Of a DNA stretch of 64,000 nt, positions 1-9,819 are shown piece by piece (position 1 is the first letter of the stretch; each line of letters begins with the position of its first letter). The notes under the pieces are model-generated. The model did no database searches. It saw only the letters and a program-made list of their open reading frames with translations, and was not told the origin of the DNA. Source of the stretch: a virus. The position numbers and the translations under genes were made by a program. The DNA lies in IMG/VR virus record IMGVR_UViG_3300042502_000941, positions 19,455-83,454 of that record. One strand, written 5' to 3'.

Positions 1-904
1 CACAGTCAGCTGTCAATATGTAGTTTTTACTATAATTAGGATAATCCCAGATCCATAGGTCTTGATTGTTACCTCGCTTTTCAACAGGATCTTTTAGATG
101 TGTTTGTTTGTAAAACTCAAGAATATCTACACTTACAACTTGATTACCAGATGTACTAAAGTCGCAATCACATTCTTGTGCTGCACCTTTTACTCCTGAC
201 AACTCAGTTTGTTTATCTCTCCACGTTTGATCTCTTTCTGGGTGTAAATGCCAAGGTAATCTAATTGTTTTAAAATTATTCTTGCCTTCTTCAGATTCAA
301 CCCAAATTTTATGGAAGAAATTGCCAACACCGTTTGGCGTACTTAGTATAATAGCTCTACCACCAGTAGACAGTGTATATTGAGAAGACAGCCAAATTTC
401 TTCAATACCATCGATAAATGCGGCTTCGTCGATAATTAGTAAAGATAGTGCTGATGAACGACCTGCTGTGCCGGCGGATGAAACTGCTTTGATTTGTGAA
501 CCATTTTTTAATCGTAATGACAATCTATTATCTTCTACACAAGGAACTTTTAACCAACTTGGAAGGTTATCGTTTGCAAATCTTACCTTAGTGACAATTT
601 CTTTCGCTGTTTCTTGCGTAATACTAATACAAAGAATGTTCTTATCATTATGAAATGTCATTAACCACAAACTATAAGCGGCTGTAAGGGTACTGATACC
701 CATCTGACGACTCTTAAGAACAATGTTTAATTGATTATCAACAAAGTTTTGTAAAGCATCTTCTTGAAATGGATATAGTTCAAATGCAACCGTGCCTCTA
801 ATAGGATGTTGAATCTTAACATACTTCTTCATAAAGTATATAGGATCCTCTATACACTTCTTATACTCTTGTTTTATTATTTCTCTGAGATTTGGCTGAC
901 TCAT
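1..904 (-). CDS. terL: Terminase large subunit (T4 gp17-like), runs off the left edge
   Basis: Not in the ORF track. Manual translation from ATG at 904: MSQPNLREIIKQEYKKCIEDPIYFMKKYVKIQHP...LYPFQ...VLKSRQMGIST (Walker A region)...LLIIDEAAF (Walker B)...ILSTPNG...YILTADC (start of nuclease domain). Confidence 0.93.
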   Translation of the reverse strand, partial: MSQPNLREIIKQEYKKCIEDPIYFMKKYVKIQHPIRGTVAFELYPFQEDALQNFVDNQLNIVLKSRQMGISTLTAAYSLWLMTFHNDKNILCISITQETAKEIVTKVRFANDNLPSWLKVPCVEDNRLSLRLKNGSQIKAVSSAGTAGRSSALSLLIIDEAAFIDGIEEIWLSSQYTLSTGGRAIILSTPNGVGNFFHKIWVESEEGKNNFKTIRLPWHLHPERDQTWRDKQTELSGVKGAAQECDCDFSTSGNQVVSVDILEFYKQTHLKDPVEKRGNNQDLWIWDYPNYSKNYILTADC

Positions 905-1508
905 ATTTTTCTTCGTATTCTTTTATCTTAGGGGTCAGTTCATCTAATCGTATATCAATAACCCCTATATCTTTAATTAAATCTTCAAATATTTTATTGT
1001 AATCTATATTGCCATCCCATTTTTCAAATGATCCATCTTCTTCAAGAAATGTAACATCTTTATCTTTATTTTCTTCACAGAACTTTTTACTTTCTTCAAA
1101 CTTTTTCTTATAATCTTCTAAAATACTACGTTCATTTTTTAAATCCTGCAGTTCATTATAGACATCAAACATACCCATCAATTTTAACTCAGTTTGAAAA
1201 TTAATAAAACAGTCGTAACAATATCCAGTTTTAGGCCAAACTCGGTCGTCCAAATAATTGCCCCATCGAACATCCATATTACACGTTTTACAACGTTTTT
1301 CATTAATAATCGTGGCACGTTTTGAAACTCTGCGTTTACTATTATTCTTCCAAACCCATTTGTGTCCTTGACTATCCTCCCATTCTTCACCTTCTTTGCG
1401 TTTATTGTTCTCCAAATTGGCATCGTAGCCAACTTGTACGAATGGACGATTGCCTTCTAGGTAATCTTTAACGATGCCTAGATTACTTTTACCTGATGCT
1501 TTCTTCAT
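861..1508 (-). CDS. Hypothetical protein with two CxxC motifs and a coiled coil
   Basis: CKTC...CYDC. Overlaps the terL start by 44 bp. Confidence 0.75.
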   Translation of the reverse strand: MKKASGKSNLGIVKDYLEGNRPFVQVGYDANLENNKRKEGEEWEDSQGHKWVWKNNSKRRVSKRATIINEKRCKTCNMDVRWGNYLDDRVWPKTGYCYDCFINFQTELKLMGMFDVYNELQDLKNERSILEDYKKKFEESKKFCEENKDKDVTFLEEDGSFEKWDGNIDYNKIFEDLIKDIGVIDIRLDELTPKIKEYEEKYESAKSQRNNKTRV

Positions 1509-1526
1509 AACAAATACGTATTTAAT

Positions 1527-2561
1527 TTATTTCTTAAACTTACTTCCAAGACCTTTTATAATAAAACTTCCTGTAATTTTAAATGGATCACTGTAAATAC
1601 TTGAATCTCTCACAACTATACCTTCGTGTTTTTCTAAATCGCCAATTTCACTGGTAGCATTTTTTAATATTTCGTCTCCCAATTTAATTGTGGTTAAATA
1701 AACAATAGTATCATTAACTATTTTATTTACATCTTGACCGGCAAAATCTTGACTGATATTTTTACTATCAACCGATTTTAAAAATTGTTCACGGGTAATC
1801 AGTGGCGTTTTAAACTGTAATCCTTTTAACCAGTCTTTCAAAGACTTAGTTACAGCTTCACCTGTGGGATACAACGTAACTGATTGCGTCAAAACACTCG
1901 CTAGGTTTGGTTTTGATTTGAAAGTAGTATCAACACTACCCAATACCTTAAAACCACTCTTCATAGCAACCACATTTAATTTGTTTATATAAGATTGCAT
2001 AGCTGTTTTATCATACGGTATTTCAACAGCTTCTCTTGATTTAACACTTCCATCTTTACCAAAAGTTTTTGGCTTAATTTCTTTTAACCCGTGAATAGCT
2101 AAAAAGTTTCCAATTTCTCCATATCCAAGTACATTTGTTTGACCCTCTACATATTCAATGTTGAATAGTATATTAGGATTATCTAATAAACCCAATGTCT
2201 TTAACTCAGTTTGTGTAGATGAAATTGCTGCGTCGAATATATTAATAACTTTAGCCCCTATATTGACAAATCCATGACCAGCTCCAAATCTTGTTTGTAA
2301 GTCCTCAGGTCGCATTCCTTTAATATCAAGCGGTTTTGCTGATCCACGATCCATTACAAATTGACCGTTTACCATACGAATACTTGCATTAACACCGTCA
2401 ATCTTTACACTGCCAGCTCCTTGTTTTAAAGATTTAACTGATTTTGCAAATACATCTACCAATTTAGCGCCTGTATCGGCAAAATCAAATGGGTGTGCCA
2501 TATGTCCACCAACACCGCCTTCACTAATTACTTCGTTTAATATATTATTTAGTCTTATCAT
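1527..2561 (-). CDS. Putative RNA/DNA ligase-like nucleotidyltransferase
   Basis: SVKIDG (motif I KxDG), NIEYV (motif III-like), HEGIVVR (motif IV), PFKITG (motif V-like). Confidence 0.6.
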   Translation of the reverse strand: MIRLNNILNEVISEGGVGGHMAHPFDFADTGAKLVDVFAKSVKSLKQGAGSVKIDGVNASIRMVNGQFVMDRGSAKPLDIKGMRPEDLQTRFGAGHGFVNIGAKVINIFDAAISSTQTELKTLGLLDNPNILFNIEYVEGQTNVLGYGEIGNFLAIHGLKEIKPKTFGKDGSVKSREAVEIPYDKTAMQSYINKLNVVAMKSGFKVLGSVDTTFKSKPNLASVLTQSVTLYPTGEAVTKSLKDWLKGLQFKTPLITREQFLKSVDSKNISQDFAGQDVNKIVNDTIVYLTTIKLGDEILKNATSEIGDLEKHEGIVVRDSSIYSDPFKITGSFIIKGLGSKFKK

Positions 2562-3318
2562 ATGGTTTTAAAAATGTTTTATCAAATACAGGAATTGCTT
2601 TTTTGTAAGAACTCTTTGTTTCATCAAGAGCATTATCTGTAAATTGCCAATTCCAAAATAATTCATTTGGCGTTTTGAATCCAAAAAATTGTAATACTTC
2701 TTTTTGTGTTTGAGTAACATCTTTTCCATTCCAATTTTGACCAGTAGCAATAAATCCTGAATCTATATCTTTTACTATATTACTTTCACCCAAAGTAGAA
2801 TGTCTGTTCTCAATCCACGTCAATCTCTCAATTAATTTCTGATAAAAACCGTTGGCTTGTCCCCATCTCACACTAGCAAAAAATAAAACGACATCACTTT
2901 CAAATAATTCTTTACTTATTTTCCATAATTCATCACTTTTATTATTTATACTAGCCCAGCAACGATGATCACCTGTAGGATTTTTCTCTTTATCTTTTAA
3001 TGAAGAATCTTTTGTTCCACAATGATTTCCCCATTTAGATGATACGTTACCCTCACACGGAAATATGTTTAACTTGGTTGTATCAATCAAAGTTACTTTT
3101 TCTTTACCAAGTAATTCTTGTATTTTAAATGCAAGTTGTGTACTTTTAGCAATATCATCTTTATGTCCACTCCATCTATTACTAGTAGTTAATAATAGTA
3201 CTTTGTTTTTGGTACGTAAATAATCTATTGTTTTTTTGTATTTACGAGCATAAAGATCCATATCTTGCTCGCTCTGAGGAAGTTTGGCTTCTAATAATAA
3301 ATCGGTTAAACTGATCAT
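2545..3318 (-). CDS. Flavodoxin-fold NAD(P)H-dependent FMN reductase / iron-sulfur flavoprotein-like
   Basis: LLLTTSNR, NIFPCEGNVS...HC, ESDVVLFFASVRWGQ. Confidence 0.75.
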   Translation of the reverse strand: MISLTDLLLEAKLPQSEQDMDLYARKYKKTIDYLRTKNKVLLLTTSNRWSGHKDDIAKSTQLAFKIQELLGKEKVTLIDTTKLNIFPCEGNVSSKWGNHCGTKDSSLKDKEKNPTGDHRCWASINNKSDELWKISKELFESDVVLFFASVRWGQANGFYQKLIERLTWIENRHSTLGESNIVKDIDSGFIATGQNWNGKDVTQTQKEVLQFFGFKTPNELFWNWQFTDNALDETKSSYKKAIPVFDKTFLKPYDKTK

Positions 3319-3605
3319 TTTGCTAATTGGTCTAGTTTAGATTGCATAGTCATACCACGTATAACTTCAGGCGTACCACCATTATCTCTATTAAAATAAC
3401 GCTTATAATTACTTAATGCTACATCCAATTTAGCTTTATCAATAGTCCCTTCAGATAACATTTTTTTTACCATTTCCAAATTATTAACCACTAATACATT
3501 GGTATCAGTGATAACTCTGTCGATTAATATTAATAGGGATGGATCAATTGATTCTTTAACTTGTGGTTTGGTTAAATCTTCAATGATTTTAGTCAGTCGT
3601 ATCAT
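3315..3605 (-). CDS. Hypothetical protein
   Basis: 96-aa ORF preceded by the TATTTATA motif. Confidence 0.7.
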   Translation of the reverse strand: MIRLTKIIEDLTKPQVKESIDPSLLILIDRVITDTNVLVVNNLEMVKKMLSEGTIDKAKLDVALSNYKRYFNRDNGGTPEVIRGMTMQSKLDQLAK

Positions 3606-3630
3606 AATATATAAATATACCCATCAAATA

Positions 3631-3659
3631 AAAAACCCCGCTTATTTCTAAGCGGGGTT
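3631..3659 (-). terminator. Rho-independent terminator after the tail sheath gene
   Basis: ACCCCGCTTA-TTTC-TAAGCGGGGT inverted repeat followed by a U-tract on the minus strand. Confidence 0.85.
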
Positions 3660-3680
3660 CGTTATTATATTTACTTTAGA

Positions 3681-6600
3681 TTAGGAACTAAAACTAGCAC
3701 CTGTTGGTAGAATGTTGAAATCAAGAATAATGAATTCAGCAGTTCTAGTTGGTTGGATGAAGATTTGTCCGTAAAGAACATTACGATCAATCAAGTCAGG
3801 AGTATTGTTTTCATCGTCCATTTTGACTTGGAATGCGTAGATACCGTTACGTTGTTGTACTGATTCCAAGTATGGAGTTACAATACTCAAGAAACGATTT
3901 CTTGTAGAAGCAACGTTTTGTTCGAATACCAAGTAGTTGCTTGAACTTGCGATAAACTTCTTCAAGTTGATCAACAAACGACGTACATTGATACGATCCA
4001 AAGCGCTTGGGGCGATTTGTAGAGTCTTTTGACCCCATACACAGATACCTTGACCGGGGAATGCTGCGATTGGATTTACACGACCTTCGTACAACGTATC
4101 ACGTTCACCGTGGGTTACACGATCAAGTACTTGTACAGCGGTTGCAATACCACCACGGTTTAGACCTGCTGGAGCGTACCATTCAGCAGCGGAGTTATCG
4201 TTAGCAGCGTAAACTGCTGGTAATACCACTGAAGGAGGAACATTGATAATCTTGTTGGTGTTAGTATCTAGGATCTTAACCCAAGGATAATAAGTACCTA
4301 CATAATTACTGTCGATTGTGGCTACACTGTTGATAGCTGCATCAATCAATCCTACGGTTTGATTGCTTGCTGGGAACACTACGTTATCCATAATGTAGAA
4401 ACAATCTTGACGAGTTTCACACATATCGATAACCAATTCAGTTACATAACTGTGTTGTTCACGGAATATACCTGGGGTTACAATCAAGTTGATATCAAAT
4501 TCATCTGGATTACCGATTGCAGCAATAGATTGCTTATAAGCGATACTACCAGGACTATTGATATTTGTACAATCTAAACCTTGTGTATTACCAGCTGTAA
4601 TATTACCACCCACATTGATTGGAATTGCTGGCCATTGACCTTCAAATCCGCCTTGGAATCCAAGTACGAACTTACGTAGTCTGACATATGTAGATTCATT
4701 TACAGCGTCGTAAACACTTGGAATACTACCACTCAATGTTGGAGATAGTAATGATCCTGTACTCACGTATGTACCCTGAGCATAGAATTTACTATTTGTT
4801 GTACCCCATACCTTATCTTCTAAATCGAAGTCGATATTTGCACCATTACTATCAGTTGATCCATAGTATGGCAATGGCTTGAAGTATTGCTTAGTGTTAT
4901 TTTCTACACCTACACCAAATGAAGATGTTGGATATAGAGCTTGAATTTCAGTGTCAGTACCTGGTACACTACCAAATACTGTACCTGATGGATACTTACC
5001 AGGCCCTAGACCGTAGATACTTGCCTTACTGTATTGTATAGCAGGTACATAACTACTTGCAGTACTATCAATAGGTGTACTATATGATTCAAATCCGTAT
5101 GGTACGCAACTTACTGGGTAAGAAACGTCACTGGCTTCAATTCTGATATACTTACTTAATGTGGTAAAATCACCGAATTGAATTATTTTACCAGCATAAG
5201 TGATATATGCATATCTGTTACCAATTCTACGAGCAACATAGTTTGCGGATTCTGGATCCAAATTCAAGTTTTGATAGATTTCCAAATACTTTGGCTTCTT
5301 ATCAGTATCACTATAAGCACGTACTGATAGTGTGAAACTACCCCATTCACTGCCTGGGACAGTACCAGACAACTTAACGTTGCTGATTTCAATCTTGAAC
5401 TTAGTGTTACTTGGTGTGCCATCGCTCAAAGTGTGAACTTTGAACAACTTGAACTTAGTTGGTGAAGCGGCTACATCAGCACTACCTTTGAATGGAGCAA
5501 TCTTTTGACTGTAGATCCAAGGGGTAGAAGCATTGGTGATGCTAAATTGACTATCGCCGTTATTCAAATCAGTACTATATTGATCGACAAACTTTAGAGG
5601 TTCGCCAACAATTGAACTTCCTGATAGATTGCTTGTGCCTACTTGTAGTTTCCATCCATAAGCACTTGTCTTTTCAGCTACGAACTTCTTGATGCTATCT
5701 TCGAATAGAACGTAGTTGTAAGCAGCTTCAACTTTTTGACCAGCCACTTGTTTATTAGGATTGCCAACGGTTGGATCCATACCAAATACGTCTTTGATAT
5801 AGTTATTATCGTTTTCATTTAAACTGAAGTCGTAGTAACCATATGTACCAGCACTTGTGCCACCAGCTGTATTTGTATAACTATACTTTAATGCCAAGTT
5901 GTAAACATTTGCATTAGGGTCGATTACATTCTTATATGGGAATGTACTACTTGTCAATTGGCTCAATGTTGAGGTATTGAATCCGTATACTTCATAATCA
6001 TTGCTAAATTGTGTAGAAGCATTTTGGGTATTTGCTAATACTGACAAGATCAACTTTTGACGACCTGTTAGTACTGGATTACATTGATCTGGGCTTGCAT
6101 TGTCTTGACTTGTAAATGCGCCACTATACTTACCGAAGTCACCACTTATCACACCTATTACTTGTAGACCGGCTACACAACTTCCAACACCACGTAGTGA
6201 ATGGAAACTACCACTTTGTAGTGTTAGTGTTGTGCCTGCTTCTACATTGAAGTTTGATAAATTGTAAGCGATATTACCATTGAAGTAAGATGAACTTACT
6301 AGATCAACGGTTGTTGTACTTTCATCAAATGCTGTGGCCACGGATGTTTCGGCATCTATATTTGCGCCTTGTAAACTTGATGTCAACAAGAAGAATTTAG
6401 TACCAACTGGCTTTGCATTACCATTTGCTAGAGTAGCGGTACTAAATTTACGTACTAATAACCCAGAAGAAACTGTACCGATATCAACTGTTTTATTAGC
6501 GTACAAGATACTACCACTTAACTTACCTACACCGTCAGCGTCATCTGCAGTTACACCACTTGTTACAGCTGCGGATCCGAATTTTACATTCAACGATCCA

Positions 6601-7595
6601 CTGATTGTCATCGTCGAAATATCAATGCGTTGTACCAATTGAATTGAAGAACTCAATCCAGCACCACTCAAACTCGCAGTTGTAAATGATAATGATGAAT
6701 TTGCACCGTAGTTAGCAAAAACCAAACCAAATGTATTTGGAGCAGTAAATGATGCGGTTAAGTAATTATTGTTTGAACTATCAAATGTTAGTTTGAACTT
6801 ACTTGAACCACCACCTCCGACAGTAACACTACCACTTATACGCGATTTATCAAAATCAAATGCGGCCAAAGAATGATCTACTGAAGATCCCGCTTTTGCA
6901 ACTTTACCGTTTCTGGCAACAACAGAGCTGCTAAACAATTCATAATGTCTTGTGGAAACAACTTTGTATACTTTACCCAAACTGGATGAAGTTGCCAAAG
7001 AAGCTGAAAGTGCATTGATTCCAGTAACACTTCCGACTGTAGCTAAATATGATGAAATTTCAGCAGTTGTTGCTCTCGTAAATGTAGCTGATCCTGTTAT
7101 ACCACTGCCTACTGAACCCTTAATTTCAGCCGAACCAGTGATGTTAACAGCGGTACTAGTTTGTTGATAATTAACGTTTGATACATAGTCAGTAGTATCA
7201 ATATACATAAATGAAGCTGTTGTGATAGCTCCTTTATCAGCGTTTCTGTCCCAGATACCTGGTTGGGCATATACAATCAATGGATTCTTTTGCCAGTAAC
7301 CGGTTAGACCACCTACACGAACAATAGTAACTATACCTTGTTGTAGTAGATATTCTTTCGCTGTGTATGGTCCATAATACACACCATCAGCGACACCGAA
7401 TCTTGTTTCCAAGTCGGATACGCTGGTTATTGTATTTGGAAAAAACGCTGGTCCGTCAGCGAATGGAGCAATAATTGCTCCTCCAATGTTTGCTACTCCT
7501 TGAGCCAGACCGGAGAGGTCATTTTCACGTGTGAATACACCTGGGCTTACTATATTTTGTGTTGGGGCGAATCTTCCGCCTTCTGTTATTGGCAT
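3681..7595 (-). CDS. Contractile tail sheath protein (gp18-like) with large insertion
   Basis: N-terminal SPGVFTRENDLS. C-terminal WYAPAGLNRG, RVNPIAAFPGQGICVWGQKTL, LDRINVRRLL, QPTRTAEFIILDF. GAAAGG SD upstream. Confidence 0.95.
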   Translation of the reverse strand: MPITEGGRFAPTQNIVSPGVFTRENDLSGLAQGVANIGGAIIAPFADGPAFFPNTITSVSDLETRFGVADGVYYGPYTAKEYLLQQGIVTIVRVGGLTGYWQKNPLIVYAQPGIWDRNADKGAITTASFMYIDTTDYVSNVNYQQTSTAVNITGSAEIKGSVGSGITGSATFTRATTAEISSYLATVGSVTGINALSASLATSSSLGKVYKVVSTRHYELFSSSVVARNGKVAKAGSSVDHSLAAFDFDKSRISGSVTVGGGGSSKFKLTFDSSNNNYLTASFTAPNTFGLVFANYGANSSLSFTTASLSGAGLSSSIQLVQRIDISTMTISGSLNVKFGSAAVTSGVTADDADGVGKLSGSILYANKTVDIGTVSSGLLVRKFSTATLANGNAKPVGTKFFLLTSSLQGANIDAETSVATAFDESTTTVDLVSSSYFNGNIAYNLSNFNVEAGTTLTLQSGSFHSLRGVGSCVAGLQVIGVISGDFGKYSGAFTSQDNASPDQCNPVLTGRQKLILSVLANTQNASTQFSNDYEVYGFNTSTLSQLTSSTFPYKNVIDPNANVYNLALKYSYTNTAGGTSAGTYGYYDFSLNENDNNYIKDVFGMDPTVGNPNKQVAGQKVEAAYNYVLFEDSIKKFVAEKTSAYGWKLQVGTSNLSGSSIVGEPLKFVDQYSTDLNNGDSQFSITNASTPWIYSQKIAPFKGSADVAASPTKFKLFKVHTLSDGTPSNTKFKIEISNVKLSGTVPGSEWGSFTLSVRAYSDTDKKPKYLEIYQNLNLDPESANYVARRIGNRYAYITYAGKIIQFGDFTTLSKYIRIEASDVSYPVSCVPYGFESYSTPIDSTASSYVPAIQYSKASIYGLGPGKYPSGTVFGSVPGTDTEIQALYPTSSFGVGVENNTKQYFKPLPYYGSTDSNGANIDFDLEDKVWGTTNSKFYAQGTYVSTGSLLSPTLSGSIPSVYDAVNESTYVRLRKFVLGFQGGFEGQWPAIPINVGGNITAGNTQGLDCTNINSPGSIAYKQSIAAIGNPDEFDINLIVTPGIFREQHSYVTELVIDMCETRQDCFYIMDNVVFPASNQTVGLIDAAINSVATIDSNYVGTYYPWVKILDTNTNKIINVPPSVVLPAVYAANDNSAAEWYAPAGLNRGGIATAVQVLDRVTHGERDTLYEGRVNPIAAFPGQGICVWGQKTLQIAPSALDRINVRRLLINLKKFIASSSNYLVFEQNVASTRNRFLSIVTPYLESVQQRNGIYAFQVKMDDENNTPDLIDRNVLYGQIFIQPTRTAEFIILDFNILPTGASFSS

Positions 7596-7674
7596 AATAT
7601 TAATATCCTTTCGAAGTTATATTTAATTTATAAATATAACTGAAAAATCCAAGAACTAACTATTTATTATATCT

Positions 7675-9819
7675 TTAAATTTTTTGTTCTATTAATAATT
7701 GATCGATAACATCAATAACCATCTTTGGGGTTATTTCTTTGGTACATTCAAATTCTTCTTTTTTATCTGATTTTGGACACCATTTCCAATTTCCCTTATC
7801 AAATAAAGAATCATTCCAACATCCTGTACATACTGAGTGATTTTGCACTCTATATGGAGTTTCAAATTCAGCATATGGATAAGAAAACCCACTAATAAGT
7901 ACAACTGGCTTTTTAACTGCCCAAGCTAACCAAGATAAGCCAGATGGTAAACCAATAAAGAATTCGCTGTGGTGTATCTGATTCATACGATCCACAAGTG
8001 GTTTATCTCCTGTATAATCTAACGCATTTGATGGCATATTGTTGACACAATCCCGGCCATTACCAAATACTTTATGTTTATCGATACAAATTACTTCAAA
8101 ATCTTTGGATTTAAGATACTCGATTACTTTTTCCCATCCGCCTTTATTATTCCAATATTTGGCTTGACAGGTACTTTGTGTTGCGATAGTAACATATCTT
8201 TTCTTTAGTGGTCGTTCTTTGATTTTAAAATCAATCAAAGGCGACTCTGGTTCATATGGCAATCCCAAATAATCACTTGCTATTTTTTGCAGTGGTTGTT
8301 TTCTAGGATCAGATTTACATCTATCATTGTTTGCTCCATTTTCGTCAACATAATATCCCAATTTGTAAGTAGCGAATACATCCGATACAAATTTGTTATT
8401 GTCAATAAACTTAATTTTAGGATATTTTTTCTCAAAAATATTTTTTAAAGGCAATTTTACGTAAAGATCGCATTCGTGTTTCTTTCTGAATTGTTCTATG
8501 ATAGGCATCCAAGCTAATTGATCGCCTAAAGAAAAACTTTCATATTCAATCAATACCTTTTTATTCTTTAAATTAAATTTATAAGTTTCTACCAATTCAT
8601 TTGTCTTATTATCTTTAATATGAATTTCATAAGGAATGTAATATGTAAAATTACAACTTCCCCACCAATTATGTTTTAAATCAGTTTCGTACTTAATCGT
8701 GTCGTCGTCACTATTATAGAATGTGACGTGGAAACTTTGATCTGTATCCAATGGATTGTCTACTTCTATCTTAGCTGCGTCATTGAACGTATATTTAAAT
8801 ATAGCTTTTGTTTTAATACTTTGTTCATTCTTTTTTATATTTTCATAAACATTAATATGACGAATGGCGAATAATCTTTCGGTATAGTGATCATATAAAT
8901 CAATTAATTGATGCACGCGATTGAAGTAAGAATTTTCGTTTGCGGATTGAAGTGCTTTATTTTTATACGTGTCATAATCACTAGTTATCGTTTGTACAGC
9001 AGACTTGATTTGTTCTACATTGCGATCAACTACAATCATACCGTTATATGATTTTTCTTCAAATGTACCTACTACAGGTAAACCACAACTCATTGCTTCT
9101 AACAAAGTTAAATTGGGATGTCCGGCTTCTAATTCAGATGGGTGTAAAAATATAGAATGATCATTGTATAAATTAATTAATTGTTCCTCCGTTAAATCAA
9201 ATAGCTTGGTTAATTTATCGTAATTATTTAATTCAGAATCTAAATGATCAAAGAACTTTTTATTATTTGATGGACCAGCAATTGTAATTGGATATCCTAA
9301 TTCTTTAGCAACTTTAATTGCGTATACAAATCCCTTTCTGTCATAAGATTGATTATTCGCATAACCATTATTTGCAACGCATAACAATTTATTTACATCG
9401 TTTTTATTATTTTTGCACACGAATACATCTGTGTTAACCGCGTGAGAAAAGTAACGTAATTTCTTACTGCCAAAATAATCAACCAAATATTTGGCTGGAC
9501 ATGTTGATAGTACACTGTTCTCAATAGCTTGAAGGTTTTCTTTATATACATCTGACTCTTTACCATATAAATAAGAATGGTGATCGTGTAAACTAAAGAT
9601 ATACGGTATACCACGTTTATGACATTCGTTCGCAAGATTTGCTACGTGGACGTGTACAATTGTGTCATCCGCATAATGAATTTCATTCAAATATTTTATT
9701 TGACAATCCAATCCTTTATTATTTAGAAGCTGGTAGTAATCCCAAATAATTTTTTCAACCGCTCCCCATCCATTGGGTGGAATAGGCAATAAACCCAGAT
9801 TAACTTGTATAATTTTCAT
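7675..9819 (-). CDS. Fusion of a GT4 glycosyltransferase and an autotransporter O-heptosyltransferase (TibC/Aah-like, GT9-related)
   Basis: N-half: PIPPNGWGAVEKII, HPSELEAGHPNLTLLEAMSCGLPVV. C-half: ESFSLGDQLAW, IATQSTCQAKYWNN, FFIGLPSGLSWLAWA, CTGCWND...CP...FECTKEIT. Confidence 0.85.
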   Translation of the reverse strand: MKIIQVNLGLLPIPPNGWGAVEKIIWDYYQLLNNKGLDCQIKYLNEIHYADDTIVHVHVANLANECHKRGIPYIFSLHDHHSYLYGKESDVYKENLQAIENSVLSTCPAKYLVDYFGSKKLRYFSHAVNTDVFVCKNNKNDVNKLLCVANNGYANNQSYDRKGFVYAIKVAKELGYPITIAGPSNNKKFFDHLDSELNNYDKLTKLFDLTEEQLINLYNDHSIFLHPSELEAGHPNLTLLEAMSCGLPVVGTFEEKSYNGMIVVDRNVEQIKSAVQTITSDYDTYKNKALQSANENSYFNRVHQLIDLYDHYTERLFAIRHINVYENIKKNEQSIKTKAIFKYTFNDAAKIEVDNPLDTDQSFHVTFYNSDDDTIKYETDLKHNWWGSCNFTYYIPYEIHIKDNKTNELVETYKFNLKNKKVLIEYESFSLGDQLAWMPIIEQFRKKHECDLYVKLPLKNIFEKKYPKIKFIDNNKFVSDVFATYKLGYYVDENGANNDRCKSDPRKQPLQKIASDYLGLPYEPESPLIDFKIKERPLKKRYVTIATQSTCQAKYWNNKGGWEKVIEYLKSKDFEVICIDKHKVFGNGRDCVNNMPSNALDYTGDKPLVDRMNQIHHSEFFIGLPSGLSWLAWAVKKPVVLISGFSYPYAEFETPYRVQNHSVCTGCWNDSLFDKGNWKWCPKSDKKEEFECTKEITPKMVIDVIDQLLIEQKI

